Source: an uncultured Gammaproteobacteria bacterium (lineage in GTDB: Bacteria > Actinomycetota > Acidimicrobiia > Spongiisociales > SHLN01). Taken from it: 64,000 nucleotides of DNA. Below are positions 24,902-34,195 of the stretch, in pieces; position 1 is the stretch's first letter, and every line of letters begins with the position of its first letter. The notes under the pieces are model-generated. The model saw nothing but the letters and a program-made list of their open reading frames with translations. It ran no database searches and was not told where the DNA came from. Position numbers and translations under genes: made by a program. The stretch spans positions 5,618 to 69,617 of the forward strand of contig CAXMQV010000029.1 of assembly GCA_964195905.1 (NCBI GenBank), written 5' to 3'.

Positions 24902-25897
24902 GTGACGCGCCTCTTTGAGACGCTCCGACACAAGTGGATCGCCCTCCCGGGGGTGTTTCTCGTTGCCATCGGCGCCGGGTTGTGGGGTACCGATGGATTG
25001 TTCCGCCGGGGGCTTGCGCTCGAGTTGCCGGCTGCAACCGTCGTGTTCTGGGAGCACCTGATCCTTGTCATGATCACGGCGCCTCTGATCGTCCGGTTCT
25101 ACCGGACCCGCCCGCGGCTTGCGCCACGCGACATAGTCGCCCTGCTGCTGGTCGGAGTCGGAGCATCGGCGGTAGCCACGATGCTCTTCACAGAGGCATT
25201 TAGCTATGGGAATCCGACCACACCTCTGCTCCTTCAGAAGCTGCAGCCCGTGGTTGCCATTCTCGGCGCATACGTGCTTCTGCGGGAAAGGCTCCTGCCG
25301 AGATACGGCGTGTATTTCCTCCTGGCCGTGGGAAGCGCATATCTCATTTCCTTCTCGGACCCGTCCAATGTGAGCGTCAATCAGCTGGCACCGGCGCTCC
25401 TTGCCATTGGAGCGGCGTCGCTGTGGGGACTCGGGACAGTGCTCGGACGGCACCTCACTGCCAAGATCGAGCCGAATCAGCTGACGGCCCTGCGTTTCGC
25501 AATAGGCCTGCCGGCAACCGCTCTCATCGTCGGCTGGCGGGGAGAAACGAGCATCGCCACCGGCATCGGCTTCGGAGACTTCGGGACTCTTGTGGCGCTG
25601 GCGCTCATCCCCGGCCTCGCCGCTCTTGCGATCTACTACCGGGGCCTCTCCGGGACGCCCGCGTCCGCGGCGACGCTCGCCGAATTGGCCTTCCCGCTCA
25701 CGGCGATCCTCATCGGTTGGGCCGTGTTCGACACCGTGCCCACCCGTACCCAATGGCTGGGAATCACCGTCCTGGCAGTGACAATTCTTACGATGAGCCG
25801 GGCTGCCCGGCAGACCCCCGAGGCTCTCGGCGTGCGGGGTCCAGGGAGTGCGGTGAGCAGCCAACTGAGGCCGGGATCCGAGCAAGGCGCCGCCTAG
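24902..25897 (+). CDS. DMT/EamA family transporter
   Basis: About 10 hydrophobic segments in two repeats; LQKLQPVVAILGAYVLLRERL. Confidence 0.85.
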   Translation: MTRLFETLRHKWIALPGVFLVAIGAGLWGTDGLFRRGLALELPAATVVFWEHLILVMITAPLIVRFYRTRPRLAPRDIVALLLVGVGASAVATMLFTEAFSYGNPTTPLLLQKLQPVVAILGAYVLLRERLLPRYGVYFLLAVGSAYLISFSDPSNVSVNQLAPALLAIGAASLWGLGTVLGRHLTAKIEPNQLTALRFAIGLPATALIVGWRGETSIATGIGFGDFGTLVALALIPGLAALAIYYRGLSGTPASAATLAELAFPLTAILIGWAVFDTVPTRTQWLGITVLAVTILTMSRAARQTPEALGVRGPGSAVSSQLRPGSEQGAA

Positions 25898-26081
25898 CTC
25901 TTCTTGACAGGACCGACCCATGATCGGCGTCCCCGTTGGAACGAACTCTGAACGCCATGCCCCACCGTTTCTGTCGGTCGTGGTTTCCGGATGTTGCGCG
26001 GTATGAGAAATAGGCGGCGGTCCCGGCACGACGTCGCGCCTGCGTGGGCGGTCGAAGTGCGGGCCCCATTCGCTCCGGGCT

Positions 26082-26627
26082 CTAGCGCTCCACCTCGGCC
26101 ACCAGGGCGGCGAGCAGCCGCTCGATCTGGTCGCGGTGCCGCTCATTGATCAGATTCAGTTCTTCGTCGAACTGGTCTGAGGCGTGGCTGATCATCACCG
26201 TCGGACTGATCACAACTCGCATGCGGTTGTGCGTGAGAATCTGACGAAGATGCGCCTGGGCGTAGGCGGTTCCGAGGCGCCCGCCGGCTCCCATGATCGC
26301 CGCCGGTTTGCCGTCGAGCGGCGATTCGGATCCCCGCGACGCCCAATCGATGGCGTTCTTCATGACGCCGGGAATCGACCAGTTGTACTCCGGCGATGCG
26401 AACAGGATGGCGTCGGCCCGGTCGAGCTGTGCTCGCATCGACACCACGGCGTCTGGCAATCCCTCGTGTTTCTCGACGTCGTGGTTGTACAGGGGCACGT
26501 CGGCGTACTCGACGATGTCGAGCTTCGTGTTGTCGGGGAGGATGGACTGAGCCGCCCGCAGCAGGGCCGTGTTGTACGAGCCCTGCCGCAGGCTGCCCGA
26601 AAGCCCTGCGATGTGGATGGTGCTCAC
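26082..26627 (-). CDS. NAD(P)H-dependent FMN reductase (ChrR/SsuE family)
   Basis: GSLRQGSYN, SPEYNWSIPGVMKNAIDWASR. Confidence 0.93.
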   Translation of the reverse strand: MSTIHIAGLSGSLRQGSYNTALLRAAQSILPDNTKLDIVEYADVPLYNHDVEKHEGLPDAVVSMRAQLDRADAILFASPEYNWSIPGVMKNAIDWASRGSESPLDGKPAAIMGAGGRLGTAYAQAHLRQILTHNRMRVVISPTVMISHASDQFDEELNLINERHRDQIERLLAALVAEVER

Positions 26628-27187
26628 TGCTGAGCGACTAGCTGCGCCTCGATCTCCAGCTTGAAGACTTCCGAAACGAGGACGCCGCCGCCGTCGAGGG
26701 GCACGTTCCAGCTGAGACCGAAATCATGGCGGTTGAACTCACCGGACGCGGAAAAGGCCGACTTGGCATTGCCCCACGGGTCGGTGACGACACCGAGGAA
26801 CTCGAGCTCGAGGCTCACCGGGTTGGTCTTGCCGATGATGGTGAGATCACCCTTGAGGGCCCAGGAGGCGCCATCTTGCGTGATGCTGGTGCTCCTGAAC
26901 GTGACGGTCGGATGGTTCTCGACGTCGAGAAAATCGGCGGAGCGCAGGTGACCATCCCGGTCCTCTGCCCCGGTCGTGATGGAATCAGCCTGCATGGTCA
27001 ATTCCACAGATGATTGGGTGGGGTCTTCGGCGACGGTCACGGTGCCCTCGTACTCGGCGAAGTGGCCGCGTACCTTGGTAACCATGAGATGGCGGGCGAC
27101 CGCCTCGATCTTGGAGTGGGAGGGGTCAATGGTGTAGACCCCGGCGGCCGGAAGGGCGCGCCCTTCGGTGCTGGACGTGTCGGTCAC
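26624..27187 (-). CDS. YceI family protein
   Basis: YTIDPSHS, RHLMVTKVRG, RDGHLRSADFLD, RHDFGLSWN. Confidence 0.93.
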   Translation of the reverse strand: MTDTSSTEGRALPAAGVYTIDPSHSKIEAVARHLMVTKVRGHFAEYEGTVTVAEDPTQSSVELTMQADSITTGAEDRDGHLRSADFLDVENHPTVTFRSTSITQDGASWALKGDLTIIGKTNPVSLELEFLGVVTDPWGNAKSAFSASGEFNRHDFGLSWNVPLDGGGVLVSEVFKLEIEAQLVAQQ

Positions 27188-27262
27188 GAGTTCTCCTGTT
27201 GTGGTTGTGGCAGCTGCAACTCGCGTGCCAGACCGGCTATTCCCCTGGATGGGCGCAGGATC

Positions 27263-28186
27263 TCAGGTGCCGGGCTTGACAATCCGCTGGCCGGCCAATG
27301 AACCGATGAGTTCGACGATGAGCTCGGCGGTCTGGTTCTGATCATCGAGGATCGGATTGACCTCGGTGAACTCGGCCGAGGTGATGATGTCGGCCTCAGA
27401 CAGCAGCTCCATCATGAGGTGGCTCTCCCGATAGGTGAACCCGCCGATCACCGGTGTGCCGGTGCCGGGGGCGTGCCGGGGGTCGATGGCGTCAGCGTCG
27501 AAAGAAAGGTGGACGTGCTCGATACCGCCGGCTGTCAGCACCGAGAATGACTCCTCCATGATCGACTGGATGCCGCGCAGGTCGACATCGTGCATCGTGA
27601 AGTACGTGATCTTGGATGCCCGCAGGCGCTCGGCCTCGGCGCTGTCGACGCTCCGTAGTCCGATGATGACCGTGTGATCTTCGATCGCTTTCGGGCTCAC
27701 GCCCGCCACATTGACGAGCGCGTTCGGACCGTCGCCGAGGATGGCGGCCACCGGCATCCCGTGGATGTTTCCGCTCGGGCTGGACTCAGGCGTGTTGTAG
27801 TCGGCGTGGGCGTCGATCCACAGCAAGCCCTGGCGACGCTCAACCGCGGCGACCCCGCCCATCGTCCCGACGGCGACCGAGTGGTCTCCACCGATGACCA
27901 GCGGGAAGCTGCCCGCTAGAACTGACGCCTCCACCACGGTCGCCAGCGACTCGGAGTCTCGGACGACCGACTCGAGGAATCGAGCCGATGGGTCCCCCTC
28001 CTCGGCGGTCGCCATCGTGGCGCAATCGATGTTGCCGCGGTCCACCACGTCGTACCCGAGGGCTTGGAGGCGCTGGATGACTCCGGCGACGCGCACCGCG
28101 CTCGGTCCCATGTCGACACCGCGGTGGATCTGGCCGAGGTCCTGAGGCGCCCCGATCAACTCGATGGTGGGTTTCGATTTGAGCAT
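27263..28186 (-). CDS. rocF: Arginase
   Basis: GVDMGP, GGDHS, WIDAHADYN..SPSGNIHGMP, SFDADAIDP..APGTGTPV. Start moved to MLKSK, 6 nt after TACTCT; the ORF-track extension translates the repeat. Confidence 0.93.
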   Translation of the reverse strand: MLKSKPTIELIGAPQDLGQIHRGVDMGPSAVRVAGVIQRLQALGYDVVDRGNIDCATMATAEEGDPSARFLESVVRDSESLATVVEASVLAGSFPLVIGGDHSVAVGTMGGVAAVERRQGLLWIDAHADYNTPESSPSGNIHGMPVAAILGDGPNALVNVAGVSPKAIEDHTVIIGLRSVDSAEAERLRASKITYFTMHDVDLRGIQSIMEESFSVLTAGGIEHVHLSFDADAIDPRHAPGTGTPVIGGFTYRESHLMMELLSEADIITSAEFTEVNPILDDQNQTAELIVELIGSLAGQRIVKPGT

Positions 28187-28201
28187 GGGGGCAGAGTAGG
28201 C

Positions 28202-28285
28202 CCGCCCACCGCCCACCGTCGACCGCCCACCGTCGACCGACTGCCGACTGCCGACTGCCGACTGCCGACCGCCGACCGCCGACCG
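28202..28285. repeat. 12-unit 7-bp tandem array (CCGCCCA/CCGTCGA/CCGACTG/CCGACCG)
   Basis: 12 in-register CCG-NNNN units between the divergent arginase and lipoprotein genes. Confidence 0.92.
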
Positions 28286-28356
28286 CATACTGCCCGCTGC
28301 TTGCTGTCCACTGCCTCCACTGGAACGTATCCGGCCCGGCTGCGTAGGGTTCCCCT

Positions 28357-29085
28357 ATGAAGCGAGGCGTATTCCTGGTCGTTGTTGCCCTGTTGCTTGC
28401 TGCTTGCAGTAATGGTGACGCCGACCCCACGACCACTCCGGTGGCGTCGGCTAGTACCACGACGAGTATTGGGACCGTTGCCGTAACCACCACGACTGCG
28501 CCCGTCGTGGCCGGCGCGACGACTACCACCGTCGGTGGCGCCGACGAGACGACCACAACGACGGTGGGAGCTTCCGACACCACGACCACCACCGCCGGAG
28601 CGACGGCCACCACCCCAGCCGCCGTACCCGCCACGTTTGCCATCAGCCGGGTCGTGTTCGGGGGCGAGGGGTATGTGGCCGTCACCAACGTCGGAGGCAC
28701 GACCGGCAACCTCGAGGGGTGGCAGCTCTGCCAGCGCCCTGGCTATTACCGGATCGGGTCCATCGATGTCGCTCCCGGCGAGACGGTTCGGTTCACGGGC
28801 AAGGCCGTCGAAGGTCTGACGGGCCAGGTCATCGACGCCGGGGGCCGGTTTGGACAGTTGAGCGCGGCAAACGGAGAGATCGGCCTCTATGTGGACAACA
28901 ACTTCGCGAGTGCCTCGTCGATCCGCAGCTACGTCGAGTGGGGATCGTCCGATCATGGACGCAGCTCGGTGGCCGTTGAGGCCGGCATCTGGATTGCCGG
29001 CGGGTTCGTCCGATCCGAGGGTGCTCCTGGCTTGGCCGCCACCGTCGGCCTCCCTACCAGCCCGTCTGACTGGGCAACTTCCTAG
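28357..29085 (+). CDS. Lipoprotein with Thr-rich linker and lamin-tail-like C-terminal domain
   Basis: Lipobox LLAAC; about 70 aa T/A/V-rich linker; ISRV..GYVAVTNVG...LEGWQLC...GEIGLY...SYVEWG. Confidence 0.75.
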   Translation: MKRGVFLVVVALLLAACSNGDADPTTTPVASASTTTSIGTVAVTTTTAPVVAGATTTTVGGADETTTTTVGASDTTTTTAGATATTPAAVPATFAISRVVFGGEGYVAVTNVGGTTGNLEGWQLCQRPGYYRIGSIDVAPGETVRFTGKAVEGLTGQVIDAGGRFGQLSAANGEIGLYVDNNFASASSIRSYVEWGSSDHGRSSVAVEAGIWIAGGFVRSEGAPGLAATVGLPTSPSDWATS

Positions 29086-29127
29086 CAACAAGCCGGGTTG
29101 CTAGCGCCTCAAGCCGGAGCAGAGATC

Positions 29128-29706
29128 TCAGCCCTCGTCGTCGGTTCCGTGGTCGTGGTCTTCGTCCTCGTCGTCCATGCTGGCGTCGTCCTCTCCGCCG
29201 TCATTCTGGTGGTCGTCCTGGTGCTCATCTGCGCCCATCTCGTGGCCGCTGTCCATCTCGTGAGCCATGACGCCGGCGATGGTGAGTGGGCTTGACATGC
29301 CTTGCTCGTAGTGGCCGGGGAGGAGGCAGGCGACCATGTCGAACACGGAATGCTCGTCAAACACCACTTCGAGGGTTTCGGTCTGCCTGGGGCAGACGAG
29401 CAGCCACCCTACGCCGTCCTCGTCCTCTCCCCCCGACCCGGTGTGACCCTCGTGGCCTTCGGCTACGTGTGCCTCGGCACCCGACGTGGTCGTGAGCCGG
29501 AATTCGTGGGCCACGGAGCCACGGTTCTCGACCACGAACTTGACGTGATCTCCCGCTTCGAACGACAGGCTGGTCGGCTCGATCGTGAACTCGGTGAGAA
29601 CCACATTCACCACTCGCACCTCGTCCTCAGCGAGAGCGGCTCCGGTGGGCTCGTTACCGAACAGGAACGGCGCCGCCAGCAAAACCAGAAACAGCGCTCC
29701 GATCAC
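29128..29706 (-). CDS. Secreted cupredoxin (plastocyanin/azurin-like) with His/Asp-rich tail
   Basis: Signal/TM segment, NRGSVAHEF, type-1 Cu motif CLLPGHYEQGM, tail HEMDSGHEM...HDHG. Confidence 0.85.
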   Translation of the reverse strand: MIGALFLVLLAAPFLFGNEPTGAALAEDEVRVVNVVLTEFTIEPTSLSFEAGDHVKFVVENRGSVAHEFRLTTTSGAEAHVAEGHEGHTGSGGEDEDGVGWLLVCPRQTETLEVVFDEHSVFDMVACLLPGHYEQGMSSPLTIAGVMAHEMDSGHEMGADEHQDDHQNDGGEDDASMDDEDEDHDHGTDDEG

Positions 29707-29851
29707 TACCAGGCTGCGAAACAGGACACGTTCACCGCCCTCGAAGATCTGATGGGGGTTCGTGGGCGTCGACTCCGGTAATCCTCCAGACGGCTGCGTT
29801 CTGAGACCTCAACAATACGTGATATGCGCCAGTGGCGAAGACAGCTCGCTC

Positions 29852-29872
29852 CTGTTGGCTGTTGGCTGTTGA
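29852..29872. repeat. 7-bp tandem array (CTGTTGG x3)
   Basis: ctgttgg ctgttgg ctgttga, ending 8 nt before TAGCTT. Confidence 0.75.
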
Positions 29873-29892
29873 CCATCGTGTAGCTTCACGGC

Positions 29893-30936
29893 ATGACCAC
29901 ATACCGGGCACTCAGGCTCGTTGCTCAGAACGCACCCCTCGTTGAAGCCGACCTCCCGGTTCCCGAGCTGGCGACCGGTGAGGCACTCGTCTCCGTGCAG
30001 GCGGCCGGTATTTGTCGGTCAGATGTTCACTACCTCCAGGGCAGCCCGAAGCTGCCTCCCCTTCCCCGAACGCTCGGCCACGAAGTTGCCGGTGTTGTTG
30101 ACGCCCTCGGCCCAAACCCGCCCGCCGGGGTCACGGAGGGTCTTCGGGTGGGGATCCACTATCAGACAAGTTGTGGGATCTGTCGGCATTGCCTGGCCGG
30201 CAACGACCAGTTCTGTGTGAGCGGGCAGATGATCGGCAACGGCCGGGACGGCGGCTACGCCGAGAAGATCGTCATCCCCGCCCGCAACCTCGTGGCTATC
30301 CCCGACGGGGTCGCCATCGAGCACGCCGCCGTCATGATGTGCTCCTCGGCCACCTCGTTCCATGCCCTCCGCAAGGCCCGGCTCCAACCAGGGGAGCGGG
30401 TGGCGGTCTTCGGCCTGGGAGGCCTGGGCCAGTCGGCGGTGCAATTGGCGCTGGCGCTCGGGTCGGCCGCCGTCTACGCAGTCGACCTCAATCCCGCCAA
30501 GGTGGCACTGGCCGCCCACTACGGCGCTATCCCCGTCGCCGGGGGGAACGAGGCGGTCGAGATGATCACGGCCGACTCGGGTGGTGTCGATGTTGCCCTC
30601 GAGCTGGTGGGCCTGGCCGAGACGATGCGCCAGGCCGTCGGCGTGCTCGGCCCGCAAGGGCGGGCGGCCGCGGTCGGGCTGGCCGAAGAGCCATTCCTGA
30701 TCGATGCCTACGAGGACCTGGTGTTGCGCGAGGCCGAGATCATCGGGGTATCAGATCACCTGGCTTCGGAGCTGGCGCCGTTGCTCGACATCGCGGCGCG
30801 GGGCGATCTCGATCTGTCCCTGGTCGTGAACAAGCAGATCCCGCTTGATGCCGGTCCGGTTAATCAGGCACTCGACGACCTCGCCGCCTTCGGCGACGAG
30901 GTTCGGACTGTCATCGTCCCGTTCCCCCCGGATTAG
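29893..30936 (+). CDS. Zinc-binding alcohol dehydrogenase (MDR family)
   Basis: GICRSD, GHEVAG, CGICRHC....DQFC, GLGGLG. Confidence 0.93.
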   Translation: MTTYRALRLVAQNAPLVEADLPVPELATGEALVSVQAAGICRSDVHYLQGSPKLPPLPRTLGHEVAGVVDALGPNPPAGVTEGLRVGIHYQTSCGICRHCLAGNDQFCVSGQMIGNGRDGGYAEKIVIPARNLVAIPDGVAIEHAAVMMCSSATSFHALRKARLQPGERVAVFGLGGLGQSAVQLALALGSAAVYAVDLNPAKVALAAHYGAIPVAGGNEAVEMITADSGGVDVALELVGLAETMRQAVGVLGPQGRAAAVGLAEEPFLIDAYEDLVLREAEIIGVSDHLASELAPLLDIAARGDLDLSLVVNKQIPLDAGPVNQALDDLAAFGDEVRTVIVPFPPD

Positions 30937-30938
30937 CC

Positions 30939-32675
30939 ATGACGACCAGGGCTCATATCATCGCGGCGCTCACCGAGCTCCAGACCCTGATGACACTGGA
31001 GGAGGGCAGCCCGCAGGCCTTTCGGGTTCGGGCCTATGACAACGCCATCCAGGGTCTCGAGAGCAGCACCTCCGATATCGCCGCACTTTCCGAGCGCGAG
31101 CTCGTTGCCCTGAAGGGAGTCGGCAAGGCCACGGCGGGCAAGATCCGTGAGCTCATCGAGACGGGCTCGATCCGCAAGCTCGATGGACTGCGAGAGAAGT
31201 ATCCGCCCGAATTCGTCAATCTGACCCGCATCCCCGGGTTGGGGCCCAAGACGCTCGTCATGCTGCGGGATCGGCTCGACATCCAGAACCTCGACGACCT
31301 CAAGGCCGCCCTCGCCGCCGAGGAGTTGCGGGATCTGCCCGGGCTCGGTCAGAAGAGCGAGGAGAAGATCTCCCACGCCATCGAGCGACTCGGACTGCAT
31401 GGCAAGGACACCCGCACGCCCATCGTCGAGGCTCTTCCGCTGGCCCGTGCCGTTGTCGCCGAGCTTCTTGAACTACCCGAGGTGCGACGGGCCGACTATT
31501 GCGGAAGCCTGCGTCGATTCCGGGAGGACATCGGCGATATCGACATTCTCGTGTCGTCCACCAGGCCCGACCCGGTGATGGAGCACTTCACGACCATGCC
31601 CGAGGTGGCCGAAATCATCGGGAGGGGGGAGACGAAGAGCTCGGTGGTGACCCGCCGGGGAATCCAGGTGGATCTACGGGTGGTACGGCCGGCCGAATAC
31701 GGAGCCGCTCTCCTCTACTTCACGGGCTCCAAGACACACAACATCCACCTTCGCCAGCTCGCCATGGACCGCGGGTGGCTGCTCAACGAGTATGGCCTGT
31801 CGAATGTGGAAACCGGCGAGGTCGTGGCCTCCAAGACAGAGAAGGACATCTACGGGGCGCTCGACCTGCCGCTGATCTCGCCGACGCTGCGAGAGGACGG
31901 CGGAGAAGTTGAGCGGGCCGTGGCCGGCGAGCTGCCCAAACTCGTGCAATTGGTGGACATCAAGGGAGATCTCCACTACCACACCGACCTGTCCGGTGAC
32001 GGCCGGGAGCCCCTCGCCGCGATGGTCGGGGCGGCGGCCGCCCGCGGTTATTCCTATCTCGCCATCACCGACCACGGCGAGGATCTCACCATCAACGGGG
32101 CTTCCCGAAGCCAGATGCTTACCCAGCGCAAGCAGATCGCCCGCCTCCAGGAGAAGTACCCCGACCTGCACCTGTTGCACGGGTGCGAGTTGAACATCGG
32201 GCGGGACGGGTCGGTCGACTACGACCTCGACTTCGTGCTCGGATTCGACTGGACGGTGGCCAGCGTCCACTCGTACTTCGATCTCGACGCCAACCAGCAG
32301 ACCGAACGGGTACTCCAGGCCATGGCCAACCCGGCAGTCAGCGCCATCGGGCACCTCTCGGGCCGCTACATCGGCCGGAGACCCGGCATCGACCTCGACC
32401 TGGAGGCGGTCATGGAGGCAGCGGCTGCGACCGGCACGGCGATCGAGATCAACGGCGCCCTCCAGCGCCTCGATGCCACCCCGGAAGCGATCCGGATCGG
32501 CATCAAGCACGGCGTCACGTTCGTCATCGACACCGACTCGCACCACTCGAGCGAGCTCGGCCGCATGGAGTACGGGGTCCTGAATGCTCAGCGGGGCTGG
32601 GTGGAGCGTTCGATGGTGGCCAACACCTGGCCGACGGCCAGGTTCCTGAAATGGGCGGCCGCCAAGCGCGGGTAG
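30939..32675 (+). CDS. polX: DNA polymerase X / PHP 3'-5' exonuclease
   Basis: HhH repeats (GVGKATA, GLGPK, GLGQK), GSLRR...GDIDIL, VDLR, YFTGSK; PHP domain DLHYHT, TDH, DTDSH. Confidence 0.95.
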   Translation: MTTRAHIIAALTELQTLMTLEEGSPQAFRVRAYDNAIQGLESSTSDIAALSERELVALKGVGKATAGKIRELIETGSIRKLDGLREKYPPEFVNLTRIPGLGPKTLVMLRDRLDIQNLDDLKAALAAEELRDLPGLGQKSEEKISHAIERLGLHGKDTRTPIVEALPLARAVVAELLELPEVRRADYCGSLRRFREDIGDIDILVSSTRPDPVMEHFTTMPEVAEIIGRGETKSSVVTRRGIQVDLRVVRPAEYGAALLYFTGSKTHNIHLRQLAMDRGWLLNEYGLSNVETGEVVASKTEKDIYGALDLPLISPTLREDGGEVERAVAGELPKLVQLVDIKGDLHYHTDLSGDGREPLAAMVGAAAARGYSYLAITDHGEDLTINGASRSQMLTQRKQIARLQEKYPDLHLLHGCELNIGRDGSVDYDLDFVLGFDWTVASVHSYFDLDANQQTERVLQAMANPAVSAIGHLSGRYIGRRPGIDLDLEAVMEAAAATGTAIEINGALQRLDATPEAIRIGIKHGVTFVIDTDSHHSSELGRMEYGVLNAQRGWVERSMVANTWPTARFLKWAAAKRG

Positions 32676-32723
32676 CTCGCAAGACGCGACGAACCGTCGC
32701 TTCGACATCCGCCGCGGTGTTGG

Positions 32724-33486
32724 CTAGGAACCCACCAGCCCGTCTCGAATCAATTTCAGCCCGAGGACAAGAAGCGACCCGTACACGAAACGAAAGAAGA
32801 TCGTCTCGTCGATCCGGTGGTGCAGCCATGCACCAAGAAGAATCCCCAGTGGGGCCAGGGGGGCCAACACGAGCGAGGTGGCAAGATTCGAGCCGTCGAA
32901 CTGACCGAGCCAGGCGTACGGACCCAGCTTGAACCAGTTGACAGCAAAGAAGAAGGCCACAGTCGTCGCCTGAAACGTTGCCTTGTCGGGCCGTTGCGAG
33001 AGGAGGTACACGCTGAGAGGCGGTCCGCCGGCGTGGACACTGAAGCTGGTAAACCCGGCAAGAGTGGACCAGAACGTCCCCCGCCCGAAGCTCGGCTCGC
33101 GAGGTGGCCCCGGCTCGCGGCTGAGCCACCAGCGAAGCGAGAACACCAGCGCGATGATGCCCACCATCGCACGCAAAGCATCCGGCGACATCAGGTCGAA
33201 CGTAACCAGGCCGATAGCGATGCCGAGAACGGCTCCCGGAGCTGTGGTGACGAGATTGCGAGCATCCCAGAGCCTCCAGTAGGGGCGTAGCGCAGTCGCA
33301 TCCATCAGCATCAAGATGGGGCAGCAGAATCGCCGCGGCGCTGACCGGATCGATGGTGAGCGACATGAGAGGCACGGCCACCAACCCGATCCCGCCGGCG
33401 ACGCCCCCCTTGGCGATGCCGAGGATGAGGACGGCCACGACGGCGCTCAGATAGAACCAGGGATCATGGCTCGGCAGCAGCGACAT
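32724..33486 (-). pseudogene. TauE/SafE sulfite-exporter family protein interrupted by a +1 frameshift
   Basis: N-part MSLLPSHDPW..GIAKGGVAGGIGLVAVPLMSL..AAAILLP continues in another frame as ILMLMD...HAGGPP..KLGPY. There is an extra C in CCCC (+ strand GGGG, 33318-33321). Confidence 0.85.
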
Positions 33487-33691
33487 CGACACGTCACAGT
33501 CTCGCACCGACAGACCGGATCTAGAACTCGCTTGGACCGGCTCCGAGTCCTCAGCGGATCCACCGTTGGGGCAGGCCGCCTCCGCAACCCATTCGGCTGG
33601 ATGCAGAACCGTATTGTGGATCTCGACACGTCATGCGCCCTTCTCCAAGTGGTGAACCGCCGCAGATCGGGCAAGGCCGACCGGGATCGGC

Positions 33692-34105
33692 CTATTCCTC
33701 CCCTGACCTCCATCCGCTCCACCTGGTGACGGAGATGCTGATCACAGGTCCGTGGGGTGGCCGATCGTGGTACTGCTCGTAACGCCTGACGAGGAGGTCG
33801 ACGGCTGCGGCGTGATCTCTCCCCGACTCGAAGATCGAAGCTGTCCCGTCGGCGCGAACCCACCAGAGTCGTCCCCAGTCATCGCTGTAGAAGTCGGCCA
33901 ACACAGACACCGCGGAATTGGCTTCGATATTGGCCAACCGTTTGAGTCGGCTGCTGCGCTTGGGTTTGTGATCGACGCTGCTGACGATGGTGTTGCCACT
34001 GACGGCGAACACGATGGGAACAAGGTGAGGTCCCGTTGCCCCGATCGTGGCGAGGTGGGCTACGGGTTGGGTCGAGAACAGATGCCTGCAGACTTCGGGT
34101 TCCAC
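33692..34105 (-). CDS. PPOX-class probable F420-dependent enzyme (Rv0121-like)
   Basis: PVAHLAT...PHLVPIVFA...VDHKPK...RLANIEAN..DDWGRLWWVRADG. GTG start 7 nt after TAGGTT. Confidence 0.88.
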   Translation of the reverse strand: MEPEVCRHLFSTQPVAHLATIGATGPHLVPIVFAVSGNTIVSSVDHKPKRSSRLKRLANIEANSAVSVLADFYSDDWGRLWWVRADGTASIFESGRDHAAAVDLLVRRYEQYHDRPPHGPVISISVTRWSGWRSGEE

Positions 34106-34195
34106 ACGTCGCAACCTACCCGATGGTCAGGTAAGCGCAGGGCGGGCCGGTCCGGCCCAACTTCGCCTGTCCTCGTAGGGGGGTCACTCCTGCGG

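Noticed and set aside
28202-28285. CRISPR array
   Set aside because: Units are contiguous 7-mers with no 25-45 nt unique spacers, and there are no cas genes in the window.
28187-28288. Repetitive N-terminus of arginase (RSAVGGRQSAVGSRQS...)
   Set aside because: This is translation of the heptamer array; the same artefact affects the ORF-track starts at 4492 and 6872.
33318-33321. Programmed ribosomal frameshift or phase variation in TauE
   Set aside because: No slippery heptamer or stimulatory structure was seen and the run is only 4 nt; mutation or assembly error is simpler.
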